From assembly GCF_032062105.1 (NCBI RefSeq), contig NW_026935291.1, positions 434,001 through 498,000 of the forward strand: a DNA stretch of 64,000 nt, in the 5' to 3' direction. A program made the position numbers and the translations under genes. Position 1 is the stretch's first letter; the number at the start of each line of letters is the position of its first letter. Positions 39,501-54,500 of this stretch are shown here, one piece after another. The notes beneath the pieces were generated by a model. The model ran no database searches. It had not been told where the DNA came from and saw only the letters and a list, made by a program, of their open reading frames with translations. Source of the DNA: Saccostrea cucullata (lineage: Eukaryota).

Positions 39501-42500
39501 CAACAAATTAGAAAATACTTACAATACTTACTATCGATCCTGAATACTTACAGTTCGGGGGCACATCTTCACCAGTCTACAACAGACCACTGTGTTTATA
39601 TCAGTGGTACAGCAGGATTGGTCAACACTCAGTGCTGGCAGAAATATGCTTACATCTGCGAGAGACCAAGAGGTAAAATGATATTTAAAATGACAATTTT
39701 TCAGAGAGTAGACAGGATTAACACGGCTTATAACAGACGCTAAGGAGTAGACAGAGTTAATAAGGGTTGAGTCAGGGGTACGTCAGGGAATAAACAGAGT
39801 TAAAATGTGTTGAATCAGGGCACATCAGAGAGTAGACAGAATTAACTGGGGGTTAGGACAAGGCACGTCAGGGAGTAGACAGAGTTAACAGGGTTGAGTC
39901 AGGGCACGTCAGATTGTAAACATAATTAGGGGGTTGAATCAGGGCACGTCACAATGTAGAGAGAGTTAACATGGGTTGAGTCAGGGCACTTCGGTGAGTA
40001 GACAAGGTGCTCAAGGACAGCGACAGGTATTCGTAGGAGAAAGAAAGAAACAGGAAAATGTCATGGACGGACTGGGTGAAGGAGTAGACAGAGTCTGCAA
40101 GGGTTGAGCAGGGAACGTCAGGGTGTAAACAGGATTAAAGGGGGTTAAGTCAGGGATTTCCAGAGAGTAGCACAGGGTTAACAGGGGTTGAATTAGGATA
40201 TGTCAGGGAGAAGACAGGCTTCGCAGGGTTTGAGTCAGAGGACGTCAGGGAGTAGACAGGGTTAACAGGGGTTTGGTCAGGGCACGTCATGGAGTAAACA
40301 GAGCTAACAGGGATTGAGTCAGGACACGTCAGGGAGTAGACAGAGTTAACAGGGGTTGAGTCAGGACACGTCAGGGAGTAGACAGAGTTAACAGGGGTTG
40401 AGTCAGGACACGTCAGGGAGTAGACAGAGTTAACAGGGGTTGAGTCGGGGCACATCAGGGAGTTGACAGAGTTAACAGGGGTTGAGTCAGGGCACGTCAG
40501 GGAGTAGACAGAGTTAAAAGGGGTTGAGTCAGGGCACAACAGGGGAGAAGACACGGATAACATGGGTTTTTGTTACGGGGCACTTCAGCGAGTAGACAAG
40601 GTGCTCAGGGACAGCGAAAGCTGTTCGTAGGAGAAAGTCTGGAAAAGAGACAGGAAAATGTCAGGAACTGACAGGGTGAAGGATTGGATTTTTTTTATCA
40701 AAGGCAGAAAATCACCACAGTAGGGTAAAAGAATTAAGGAACCTGTAGATTTTGAATTAATCAAATCCAATGCTAAGATTTTATCAAGTCTGTTCCTTAA
40801 CGCTTAGTCATATTTATGTGGAAGCATCCTTATGTATTTTATCTTGAAGAGCTACATGACCCCCTGGGGTAGGTTGGGCAGTATTTTATAATATGTAATA
40901 CTTAGTAGTTTAAAAAAAACTGTACAATACAGATGATAAAGAAGAGAAGGGTCATAATTACTAAGGTGAGCGATTATGTCCCATAGATGCCTTGTTAAAG
41001 AGATATGATACCTGTTTAAGAGTCAAATTCGACGTTTAAATATCTCAAGGAAATTGAAGACTTCTCAGACAGTTTTTCTCAAAGAAGGCATATTTGAAAC
41101 TCGTTTTTAGTTAGAAAAAGAGATACACAGTAAGGCAAAGAGCAATCAATCTATTACTTTATTTTTGACAGGCACCCCATTGACTTGTGACGCTACCCGT
41201 GGATGGCAACAATTCAATAACTTCTGTTATCAGGTCCACCCCACTGATGTACAAACATGGAGTGGCGCGGTGTATGTATCCATCTAAAAAGCAAACCTTA
41301 AGTGAAAATTTCATTCAATATTCATCGTATAATCTCGTATAGTAAATTTCTGGCTTAAGCATAGTTTACTTTATACTGTAGCCAAGTGTGCTCCAGAAAT
41401 GGAGGAGATCTGGTAGAGATTGACAATGATCAGGATCAAATCGCCATTCACGATTTCGCCCGAAACACTAAGCGCCCTCTGTGGACAGCATTACACAGCG
41501 TTCAGACGGTTAGCAGGAAGCTTTCTGCAAAGTTATCAATTTTTTTTCTCATTGTTGTTTTTCACAAAATACTCCATGCTTTTTTTGAGTATTATATTGT
41601 CCATTTGTAGGGTAACACAAACAACTGGCAGTGGTTGAATGGGACGGTGATGACGTCAAATCGAGCACTTCAGTACTGGGCTAATGGCCAGCCTCCCGTT
41701 CTCCGGAGGTGAGGGGGTTAAAAAACAGAGCTTTATTTGACAATTAGATATAGTTATAAAATTCTGATATTGATGTTTACATATTATCATATTTAGCGGA
41801 AGCCTTTATTTGATAGTAATTCTCACCTATGAGTACAACAACAAAGATATCTGAGTCTAAGTTTTATGGACTTTTTAGATAATGCTGGAAGAAATAACTG
41901 TCTTTATAAAACAATTTAAAGAATTAGACATTAAGACAAATTGATATTTTTAAAACGTATATACAGTCACCTAATCCACTGCACAGCCACTGATACATGT
42001 ACAGAGACCACTGCAATTTTTGTGACTTGAATAGACCACCACCTTAAAGTGTTAAGTATGGAGGACCAGTTAAGTAATACGTATTTATCTTTTGAATTAT
42101 AAACGAAACCGAATGAATGTCAATTCTGTTTTGTTTTAGCAATATGCTGAACCGTACCTGCGTATGGATGAATAACGGACAACAAGACTATCACAAATCC
42201 TGGTCTACGGACAACTGTAATGTCAGAAAAGGCTTCGTCTGCAAGAGACCAGAAGGTAATTAAAAAAATAGGTAACACCGGAAATCAAAATTAATAAATC
42301 TTCACTTTTAATGTGTAATTCCATGAGTACTTATATTTGAATCTTGAAAAACGTACTTAGCTATTTCTAGAGAGATTATGCTTAAGATTAGATCTTAATT
42401 GATTTGTTATTGCATAAATGGTTTGTGTTTAAACGTACCTTGATATTTGAAATAGTTTGATTGGTTGATTTTCAAACAGGTGTGTGTATGCCGGGCTGGG

Positions 42501-45500
42501 TACCCCACCAAAAACTGTGCTTCTTATTCAACATTCGATTTAAGTACAACTGGTATCAGGCCAACAGGTTCTGTAAAAGCTCTGGAGGGAATCTTGTCTC
42601 CATTTACGGGTGATTGCCTTTAACATTTATGTGAATTTTGTGTATATATATATATACAGTCATGTATATTTAGCATATTGTTATTGTTTTTTTTTGTTTT
42701 TTTTACTTTGAAAGTTATAATATCCATTGTCAAAATTAATGTAAACAAAATATCTTTTAGAACGACGTTTACTAACTTCTTAAATTCGTACCTCGATGAA
42801 CTACAATCAGCAGGCATTGACTCGTTCTGGATTGGACTCACTGGTATGTGTTCGATATATAATGCATGAATTCGTTTTCTAGCTAATTATTTTCATGTTG
42901 ATTAAAATGTACAGTATACAATTATATCTGTCTGCCTATGGTAAATATGAATCGTTTTACTTTACTTCAAAACCCTTGGGAAGTCACGAATGTACCATGA
43001 CTTGTCAAAATGAAGTATGTCTTTATAAGAGCAAAAAGAATTCGGACATTACATCGGTGTTATATAATTCATATTTGAATTTTTTGGCCTCTGATATTCA
43101 AAATCTAGTAGGCGCTAAATCACCTTTAATGGCAATGTTTGCATGCATGTCTACATATGAAATTCTTTCCTCCAGACAACAATAAGACGGGTGGTCCCTG
43201 GATGTGGACAAATGGAGGAAACATCCAGCACTATCAGCACTGGCCGGGGAACCATGCTGCCCGTAACACTCCCAACAAACAGGACTGTGGCTATATCTAC
43301 AGCGGTATCTATCAAAGACAATTATATTCAATTTGACCCATATTCTTTTTTTTTTTTTTTTACATATGTCCTTATCCTTTTTCATTCAATAAACATACCC
43401 CCACCCGCCCAACCAACCTCCCACCCACCAAAAAATAAAGAAACGTATTCATTGTTAATCAGTTTCCGTCCAGTTACTTTTATCTTCTTTGACACACAAG
43501 TATTAGTTTTATTATTCTCATTTTTAGGTGACAGGAGTGGATCTTGGAGAACGACCAACAACTGTGCTACACAAAAGGCGTTTGTTTGTCAAATCCCTAT
43601 GGGTAAACGTGTCAACCCAGTAACCACGCCCAGACGTAAGATCATCCCAGTAGTCTGAATATTGTTATAGGGACGTTTTTGAATGATTGTTTCTTAAATA
43701 AGAACAAATTTATGAATTTCACAATAAAAAGAGTGATTTAAAACATAGCTTCATGATAACATTAATAATTGTTATTTTATTAGTTTAAAATAAATTTTAT
43801 TCATAGAAATGGATTGAACAGCAGGTATAACTGCCTATGATCGTTCTCTCCATAATTTTTTTTTTATAATTTTTATTTTAAATTTCTATCCCATGTATAT
43901 CTTAATTTTATTTTATTGCAAGGAAAAAATATCTTACAATGAATTATTGAATTTTATTTAATCATTTTAATATTTTACAATTAATTATCGCATTTTTAAA
44001 AATCATTTCAATATTGTATAATGAATTATTGAATTTTATTTTAATTTTTTACTTTCTTTGGCAGCCCAGTTTAAATGTACTGGCCACTGGTTGCTTTTCA
44101 ATGGAAACTGTTACCAGTTTAATGACACCAGATTATCATGGCTTAATGCCCGCCAAACTTGCCAAAATGCAGGGGCGGATCTAGTTACCATTAACTCAGC
44201 AACCATCCAATCTTACATTCTCAGTAAGTCATTGCAAACTGAGAAAATAATTTTTTTTTTCTCTTCCTTTGAGATGAAATCCACATTTTATTTGCCCACC
44301 TTCTTTGTACTTTAAGGACAGTCCCATGGAAAGGAATACTGGATCGGATTAAATGACAGAACCCAGGAAGGTCGCTGGCAATGGCTGGATGGAACCACCG
44401 TCAGTATACTCTTGTATAATTATTTCAAAACAACAGAAATTAACATAGATTAATTAAAATTGATCGTAAAATTATTTTTCACTGCAATATGCTAATACAT
44501 GTATATAAAATTCAGTCTTGCAAAAACCACAACATAACCGTTTGGTAATTATATTTGTAGGGCAGCAAGTACTATCATTGGAATGCCCACGAACCAAACA
44601 ATCTGGGGACTGAGAACTGTGTGGAGATGAATTTTATGAACCATCAAGGAAAATGGAACGATCGTCAATGCTCCACCCTTGTCCGTTTTATCTGCCAAAA
44701 ACCAGCAAGTCAGTTTACATTCAAAATTCATATGATAAAAAGATTTTTACAGGAAAAACATCTTTTTCTTTAACAAAACACCTTTTCTTTATTTATTTTC
44801 ATATAAATTCGTGTATTTTTAAAAATTCTTTTATAAATCTTCTTTTCAGGTAATGCCCAGCTCCCTGTCAGCGTCTCGACTACTGCAGCCAGTGAGTAGA
44901 ATTTAATCTTTATACTTCCAGTGAAATGAAATACAAGATCGGGCTTGTTTTCATTATATACTGTATACTCTCCTTTGTTATTTTCATTAGAGTTTAACAT
45001 TATAATATTCATCTTATTTTTCTTAATTTTTCTACACACATGTAAGCTAAGTACTAGACAGTATTTATTTTTTATCAAAGATGTCTAGCGCCCGTGAGAA
45101 AATCACATTATAAGAGTACATGTAGAGCTAAAGGATTAGATAATATATTTATTTTTAACAAAGTTTAAAAAAAAACTGTCTAACAAGTGTGTCCTAGCTT
45201 GAGACAAAAATATATTGCTACAGACATGTACTTCAATAACTTTATGATTTTAATAAATGTATCTCTTACCAAAAAAATGTAGAAACTAACGTGACTGTAC
45301 TTTGCCAAAAGAATTTGGAAACTTAAAATTATACTCCTGGTCTGAGAAATAGGGTACAGAAAATTGTAAATAAGTTGTCATACCTTAGTCTTTTGAAGGT
45401 CTTTTATATTCCTTGACCTTTGTAGTGCCTATAAGTGTCCGCTGTGGTTTGAACTGGGAGGAGGATCCAAATTCTAACAATTGTTACCAGTTCTATGACA

Positions 45501-48500
45501 AACAGTTGGACTGGATGGATGCCAGAGAAGTCTGTAGGAACGGAGGAGGAGATCTGGCCAGTATCGAGTCCCGAGTAGAACAGGCCTACATTGCCGGTAA
45601 GGAAAGGCATAGAACTTATGACCAGTGTATTGAATTATGATGTGGTCCTTTTCAATTTGGAAGTGTATATGATGAAAATCATGCAAACAGTTGAAAAGGA
45701 GAGAAATGTCTGGTTATGTGCATTGACTATGTTCTCCCTGTTGAATATCAGCTGTAAAATCTGCAAGACATATTAAAATATTAAATACATTTTACAGATA
45801 AGAAAACTACTGTTTTGGTCATAATACATAACCACTGCAGAGATGATATGTAAAACACAAATACTCGTAAAATGCAGTCTTTGAAATTGTTTTGTTTTTA
45901 ATGTCTTTGTAGGAAAGATCAACAATATGAATTCTATAGCTCTGTGGATTGGGATAAATGACAGAGCGACAGAGAACAAATTTGTATGGGTTGACGGTTC
46001 ACCTGTAGCTTATCTCCACTGGGCAAATGGTACATGTATATAATACTTAACCTTAACAGGTCAAATGTTAACTCAGTATATTTATCTTAATTTGGCAAAT
46101 TTTTATATTTATCTTACATGTAACTGGCCAAATGGCTAAATTTTCCTAATTAATTGAGCAAATTATACTTTCTTACTATAACTGTTTTTGTATGACAGTA
46201 GCTAGAGTGTTTTTAATAGTAAAGGAGATGGGTAAACTCAGCATGCAAAAAGCCCACTAGCTTCAGATATTTAAAAATCATATTCAACTTGTCAATTTAG
46301 TATGCAGAGTAAAGTTCTCATCATTGATTTTTATGAAATCATGATAAACAAAAAGTTTTGTGGAAAATTTTTCGTTGAAATTTTTTCTTTTATTAAAAAA
46401 ATGTGGTTTCCATTTTGTTTAAACCCTAGCAATTAAAATCCTGAGTTGCATTCTCTATTGAGATTAGCACGCTAAATACTACGCTACACAAGTCCTGAAA
46501 GTTTGTGGCATTTAAATCATATTTGTGATCTGACCATTGAGTTAAAGGACTTAAGTATTTCTCGAAAAGATATGAAAGTTATGTCATAAAACTATATTTT
46601 TAAAGTATAGTGGGTCTTTGCTCCATAATTTTGGAAATCAAAATATGTATGTTTGTATACAAACTTTGAGGATTAACTTTCAAAAAATGAAGAGAAGACC
46701 CACTCATATAAAAAAAAATAGTGTTATAGTGTGAAAAAATGACTCGTTTTGTCCTCTTTCGTGTGTGTATAATATTTCATAGGCAAATAACTTCAATCTT
46801 CATGAGATTGTTGCAAGTTGTAGAGATTTTACTTAAAGTATACTTTATTGTTAGATGAAATATTAAGGAAAATTATTTTTCACCTTCATGTTTGTTGCGC
46901 GATGGGCCTATCTCTCGTCATGTTCACCCATCTCCTTTCTCAAACTGTGTTTCTAAGACTTTATCCACCTGTCCTCGAAGGACTTTATTATCAGCCGCCT
47001 ACTTGTAAGGCTTTATTATGATGGTACATGTATTATGTTACAGGCGAGCCTAACAACTACAGGAATAGAAACGAGGATTGTGGCAACATGTACACCTCCA
47101 CTTCCTACTGGAACGACAGTCCTTGCAACGGAAGGAACGGCTTCATCTGTAAAAAGCAATGTAAATATAGGGAAACAAGAAATTAGAATTAAAGAATAGA
47201 ATAGTGTGTGCTTAACAGGATAGCTCTTTTGCAAAGCACATTATTTGGAGACTTGTTTATAGTACAGTGTATATAAATGAACGAGCTTATTGCAAACTAA
47301 ACTTAAAATTTTTAATCATGGATTTTACGGAAGTTTGACTTCAATTGAATCTATATATTGTTGTGTTTTTATTGTTTATATTAAAGTCAGATCTACAAGG
47401 TAATTTCAAACAAAATATTCAATTAAATTTCTTTTCAATACATCATTATGTCATATGGTTTTTTTTAATATTTGTAAAGTTATGTTAATCATTGTCCTGT
47501 TTTTAACTTTTGACCCTTTGTCCCCTTTCAGCCAGCCAGCGTACTACCACCACCCCTCCCCCTCCTGTGGTCACGAAGGCGGGGTATGTCATGGGATGTC
47601 AAGATGGCTACCAGCCCTTCCAAGGAAACTGTTATCACCTGTGGCAAATACGACAGAACTGGAACGCCGCAAAAAGTTTCTGCCATCGTCAAGGGTCATT
47701 ACTAGCCACTATAAATAGTAGAGAGGAGCAAAACTTCGTAATGACCATGATTCCAAAGTGTAAGTTTTAAATTTCTTTTTATCTTGGATTCTTTTGAAAA
47801 ATTGTATCTGGAAAGTTATCATATTATCTTTAAAGGTTAAAGTTCTGTCATCTGACGCGGTTACTGATCGCATGTATGTAATAGGTATTATTGTAATTAT
47901 ATTGTTTCTGAATATAATTGTGTTGTCAAGAAAGAAACAATTTCAAAACAGAGGTAGTTTTTTCCTGATTCTTTCATTGAAGAGGGGATAGCGGGGGTAC
48001 ATGCAGAAGTTAATGAAAGTTAATGTATCTGTTTTTGCTAAAGAGCTACGTAGTGAGATGAGTTTTTTTGTATCTGATTGTTCTGTAATGATATGGATAT
48101 AGATTACTTAGTGGTATCGCAGGCCACTTAAGTTAGGAATGGTGGTAACATTTATAACGGTTTATGTATTTGGCATTTGTTTTTTACTCTATATCTGGAG
48201 GTTGATTTTATTCTAGTCATAGTTATTCATTCCATTATTGAAATACTGAGCAACTTCTTTGTTGTGATAAATCTTTATTGCGTTGAACTAGCTGTCCTTG
48301 AATTAGTATACAGATGGATTTTGGAAATGGTTTGGGTAGAATATTGTTCTCCATGAATTTTGGGGATAATGTTACCAAAATACAAAAAATAATAAATTTA
48401 ACGGTTTCTTTTACTTCTGATTCAGACGGATATGGCTACTGGATTGGACTAAATGACCTTGCAAACCAGATGACCTTCTTTTGGTCCGATGGGAGTCCTG

Positions 48501-51500
48501 TTTTGTATACAAATTGGGCGGCACGCGAACCAAATAATTATGGGCATAAAAATGAAGACTGCGTTGTCATGCTTAGAACGGTACGCATTCAGAGCAACGG
48601 TATCTCTGAGTAAATCCGTTTTGTTACCGAATGATAATTTTTTTTTTAATAGAAAATTTTATTTTTATGGTCAAGAACTCGCCAAATTTTTCTTTCATAA
48701 CATTCCTGTAGATAACAACGTTTATGAGGTATTCTTTGCACTTACAAAGAAAAAAATGTATTAAAATTTTGTTTTGCATGATTATATTCAATAAAAATCA
48801 TGAGTAACAAAGTAGAAAGAATTATTTTGCTTACTAGTGGATCTTCTTCATTATATTCATGAAAATGATGGCTTTTTTCTATTTTAAATAGAATGGTCAA
48901 TGGAACGATGCCATATGTCAGAATCCAGCTGATGGCTTCATTTGTAAAAAACCTATGACCTTGATGTCTGCCACGCCCAAGCCTGAATCAGTGGGATGTA
49001 CCTGGGTATGTTGCCATTCTAGTCCCTCATTATTAATAGAGACATTAACTTAGAATGTAAGGTCAATGCGTACGTAGGTTTGCTCTAAATAATCATATCG
49101 ACAAACCTTCGGAACCTTGCCCTTAAGTTTCTTGTCTGGATTTTCCAGAGTTTTATGGTTTCTAGAAAAGATGTTTATTCAATGTATTATACAGTTCTTT
49201 CTGTGGTTGATTTTTTTTGCTTTTAACGAGATAACTAAGTCGTTATAACGAGATAACTAATTCGTTATAACGAGATAACTAAGTCGTTATAATGAGATAA
49301 TTAATTCGTTATAAAGAGATACTAACTCGTTATAACGAGATAATTAACTCGTTATAACGAGATGATTAACTCGTTATGACGAGATAACTAAGTTGTTATA
49401 ACGAGATAACCAATTCGTTATAACGAGATATTAAGTCGTTATAACGAGATAACTAAGTCGTTATAACGAGATACTAACTCGTTATAACGAGATACTAACT
49501 CGTTATAACTAGATAACTAACTCGTTATAACGAATTAAATATTTTTTTTTCTTTTTAAAAATGAGCCTATCCGGCTTTCGTACTTAAGTGAGCAATGTGG
49601 GCCTATTGGATCTTTTATCTAGAAAATAACGCACTTCTCTCTCTAAAAATGAAGAAATTAATATGAAATCAAAATGCATATTGAAAATGACAGTACATGA
49701 ATAGATATCTTGAGTATCGCTTTCAATAAATATCACACAAATGATTAGACGAATTTATTTTATATAATTATCAAATTAAGATATAATCAAACATATATTT
49801 ATATGTTTCCTTTACAAAGGCACAGAGAGTAACGTAGTGCATATTGAACTAATGTAGTTCTCCGAGGTAAAATATTGAAATATTATACAATTGTGAAATA
49901 TAAAACCCTAGCACCACCTATTCAAAGGTTATGATCAAGGTTAACGCTTTTAAAGGTAGGACAAATTCCAGGGGCAAGTTTAAAGGGTCAAGGTTGTTGG
50001 TTTCTAAAGAAAGACCTTGTTCCAAAGATTACATATATGGGAAGTATGAAATGCTGGCCCTTAACGTTCAAAAGTTATTGCCGAGGTTAAAATTTGTAAA
50101 AAAAAAAATAGGTCAAACTCCAAGGTCAAGGTCAAATTTGTTAATATTTGATGAAAGGTCTTGTCACAAGGATTACATAGGTAAAGTGTGAAAGATCTAG
50201 CCTTTACTGTTCAAAGATTTGTCCAAAGTTTTTTCGTAAGTATGGTATGTCCAAGATCAAGGTCAAAAGACGAAAATAGTTGGTTTGAAATGAAAGGTAT
50301 TGCCACAAAAAATTGATCTTTGAAATATGAAATTCTTACTACCGTTTAAAAATTAGAGCCAAAGTAAAAGTTTGGATTTCTTGTGTAAAATAGGGTCAAA
50401 CTCCAAGGTCAAGTGGTCAAGGATCTTGATATCAAATGATAGATCTTGATACAAGGGTTGAATACTTGAAATATGAAAGCCTGTGTTCTAACCTTTCAAA
50501 AATTATGTTCAAAGTTGTATTTGAAAAGTAGGTCAAATTCCAATGTCAAGGTCAAAGGACCAATCTCCACGTCCCACAGTGGGATTCGAACCCGCGACGT
50601 AAGGATCAGCTCCTTACTTTTCGTCTCTAGAGCAGATGCTCTAACGACTGCGCCACGCGGGCGACTGAAATGGGAAAAGACATTACCATATCACTATTAG
50701 TAGTACTTACACTGGTAGTACTTACAAACAATTCTTTTAAAAAGAGAGGTGAGTTAGCGCTGTAGCCATCATAAAACACAGAGGTAGATATCAGAACCGC
50801 TGTAACTTTAATTTGCTGAATTGATAAATTATTAATAAGAAAGTACTGTAGGGTGGTGGTGGCGGTCTCAATTCAAAATAATGAATTCTAGAGTGGACTT
50901 GACAATGACACAGCTCAATGACTCTGCTTTATAAGCATTCTGTGTTTTACTGTTATTTCAATCTGCGGTGAAAAATGAGAAACCAATAGAACAAATGGGC
51001 ATCAAGTTTATAATATTCAGCTGAACTTGGATGAGACCGTATAAACCAAGGTCCCATGTCGCAATAGGTGCCGGCACGAAAAAGATCCATCACTGCTCTT
51101 GAAAGGACCGTAAGTGCCGAGTATAGCCTAGGATAGCAGCTCTCCACCGGCAAGTGGTGGCGTCTCCATAAAAATGAAGAATTCTCGAGTGGGCCATTAA
51201 ACAACATACAATCAATCAATCAATCAATCAATCAATCTTCCATTTCAAGGTTCAGAGATTGATTTCCAGATACTTGCAAAACCAATAGACCTTTTCACAA
51301 AAAATTTCATAAATAAGTTTCAACCTCTAGAGAAATCTTAACAAGGTTTCACAAAAATTCGTAGAGGTTCTTGCCTGTAAAATTTAACAAAGCTTTATGA
51401 GAGCCTTTATCTTTCACATAGAATAGTAGCTGCAGAACTGTACCTCTCTGCTTTAGAAAATTCGGACAGATAAAGCAGAGAGCTACAGATCCTAGCGTTG

Positions 51501-54500
51501 TAAAAACCTTCGATTTACGCCGCCGATTTTTTGTCGCTACTTCAGGTATTTATATCGTGTAGTTTAAACTTTCTCTGGCTTTTAGAATTGTATCCTATAA
51601 TTAATCATATATTTAACTCTTATTTTTGATACTTTATTAAAGTTTATTTACCTTTTAATGGTCTGAAACCGTCCTGTATTTAATATTGTAATGTCGGTTT
51701 AAAAGAGTTTCATTTTGACGTCCGTAACCAAAAACAGCCATTTGTTAGCATTGAATGGTAAGTACATTATCAAGAATTTAAGTTAAATGGAAAATTATAA
51801 TTATAAAATACCTTTTTAAAGCTGAGGGAAGTATAAAATAGAAAAAAAAATTGACGTGAGCGACAAAAAATCGTCGGCGTAAATCGCAGGTTTTTACAAC
51901 GCTTGGTTCTGTAGCTCTCTGCTTTATCTGTCCGAATTTTCTCAAGCAGAGAGCTACAGTTCTGCAGCTAATAGAATAGTACCTAAGCTACATTAATTCA
52001 ATATCACGTTATCGTATCCATGGCAATCATAAAAAATATACTTTATGTAGAAAAACGAATGCTAAAGATACTTGAATAACCAGTTAGTTTTGCCCATTAA
52101 ACAAAAACTGGGGGCCAAGTACAGCTGTAGTCTACTTTGCAAACAAAAGTTTGTTTTTTGGCCAGTTTGCAACTTATTACCATGGCAACCCAAGAATTAA
52201 TTACTCTATGGAATCTTTTCATCAACAGAGATATTTTGATATATACTACTTGTATCTATTTGTTTTTATTTTTCATTCAGAAGGCCTTTTTTTTGGAAAA
52301 TCTCATTTCAACTTTCAAAATAAATGACTGTATGTAAAAAGGTAAAGTGGATACAAAAGTGGTCGCTAGGTATTCAGAATTATACCCATGGGTTAATAAA
52401 GTACCAAAATAACTTTATAAGACCAATATTAAATTGACATTTATGCCCAATTGCATTTTTAAGAAAAATATCTATTCGTATCTATCAAAATCTATACCAA
52501 AAAGGCCAAAAATAACTGTTTTTGCATTGTTGCTAGGGAAAATTTTCTGTTGCCATGGAGATTAATGATTATAAATTATTCTTTCATTTTAAAATTATAT
52601 GAGAGTTATTTTCTATTGCTTGAAAAATTGTATCTGCCACAAAAAGATAAAAATTTATAAGATTTTTAACCCAATCCTTTACCATTTTTCACTTTTTAGT
52701 TATCAAAACATCCAATTTTGTTGCTAGGCAACGGATAGGACTTTTCAAAAAACCCACGCTTTCAAAGTCAATTTGTAAAAGAGAAATCCTCTACTTTTAT
52801 GTGAAAGTCATGCAGAATCTATATTAGCTTGGTATTTTTTTTAAATTGACCTTGAATATTGTCAAAATCAAGGAAAATGCTGAATCAGCAAAAATGCAAA
52901 AACATACATATATTCTAATGTCTACCATAGTAATAGCTTCAGATAAAATATCAATGTTTTGTGTGTTTTAAACAAATAAAGTGTGTGTCTTTATCATACC
53001 AGTAAATGAGAATTATTGTTAAAGTTTTTATATATAATTTCAGGCTTTAAAGATCAGTGATTTTCAGTGCCTTCAAATTGAAAAATTGGCTGGTTGCTAA
53101 GGAAATTACTTTGATCAGGTTTCCATAGTAACCATGATCCAACACATTTTTTATTTAACATACATGGATCATAGGTCAAGAGAAATCTATGTGTGGAAAA
53201 TCATTGAATTCTGAGAACCCGAGTGAATCACCTTTTGCATGATTTTTATATGGACTGGAACTTAATTTGACAATACTTTTGTATTGATTTTGTTATTCAA
53301 TGTGCATGTTTCTTTAACTTTTATCCCGAAAGAAAAAAATTCTATATGTTCTTAGAACCGTTCAATTCATATTAATTTTATCATGGCATTAATTAGTTTT
53401 TCCTCACGAAGGAAAAACATTGGTGTTTTATATGTCACACTTTCTAACCATTTACAAACATCTATAAAAATGAGATATGTTTTTGATTTACTTGTAGCCT
53501 GCGTACGGGTATGGAAGCTATTGTTACCGATTTGTCTATCAGACCAAAACTTGGCAGGATGCTCAAAAAATTTGCGTCAATGCTTTCCACGGGACACTGG
53601 CTTCCATAAATGACAGGTGATAGCATAAAAAATCTAAAAAATTTAAGGGAATATTTTAAGATTCATATTAATATTTATTTCAAATCAAATTCTAAGTGTT
53701 TTCTTGGATGAACAATGTTGTATAGAGTTAACCCCCCTCTCCCGACATCAGCCGGACTTAAAGTTGTCATTTTCTTAAAAAATTGTAATACAAAAATCTA
53801 AGGTGGAATCTGCCTCAATACTTGAAGTATCCAGAGGAAGTTTAAAGAAAATGTCAATTAACGTCTCCTGATAAGCTCCTTTTGTAACAGATTCACAGAA
53901 GCCTTCCTGTCTGCTTACATGTCCTATCAGACGGACTATTTCTGGATCGGATTGTCTGACACCCAGACCCAGGGAACTTACAAGTGGGTCAACGGAGTAC
54001 CTGTTACATACTCCAACTGGGTTGCTACCCATACTGGTACAGTACTAGTCCTTTGAATAATTTTTAATTAGTTTATACATGTACATGTAAATCATTAAAG
54101 TCTCGTGCCATGACTCTCTCTCCAAAATAGGAGAGGATCGTACGTCTTGGATGTGGTTTGCGACGATGATATGAAACTTTGCTTTCCTTTTGAATAAGAA
54201 ATGTTAAACTGCATTTTAAGAAAAAAACTTTGAATGTGTAGGGAATGAAATTGCATCTTGTGTGGCGTTAACAAGCCGTCATCCAAAAGGACTTTGGGAG
54301 AACTTGAATTGCACAGACCAGCACCACTTTATCTGCCAGCTCCCAAGACAGGGCTTCACCACCCCCGCCATCACAACACCCCCAGCCAGTCTACCCTGCC
54401 CCGGGGGTTACAGCGGCTACCAGTCTTACTGTTATAAGGTAAACCGTGCCCTTTATACAGTATCAGCCAAATTATGTTTGACCAACTGAAACCTCAAGAC

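Noticed and set aside
40150-40563. 137-aa ORF with CPDSTPVNSVYSLT repeats
   Set aside because: It is the antisense reading of a 42-bp minisatellite whose unit length is a multiple of 3; flanking units carry indels.
44705-44714. Non-canonical GC donor (CCA|gcaagt)
   Set aside because: The GT donor at 44709 gives the phase needed by the next exon.
49224-49530. CRISPR-like array of palindromic repeats
   Set aside because: Units are head-to-tail with no unique spacers, no cas genes are present, and the context is a eukaryotic intron.
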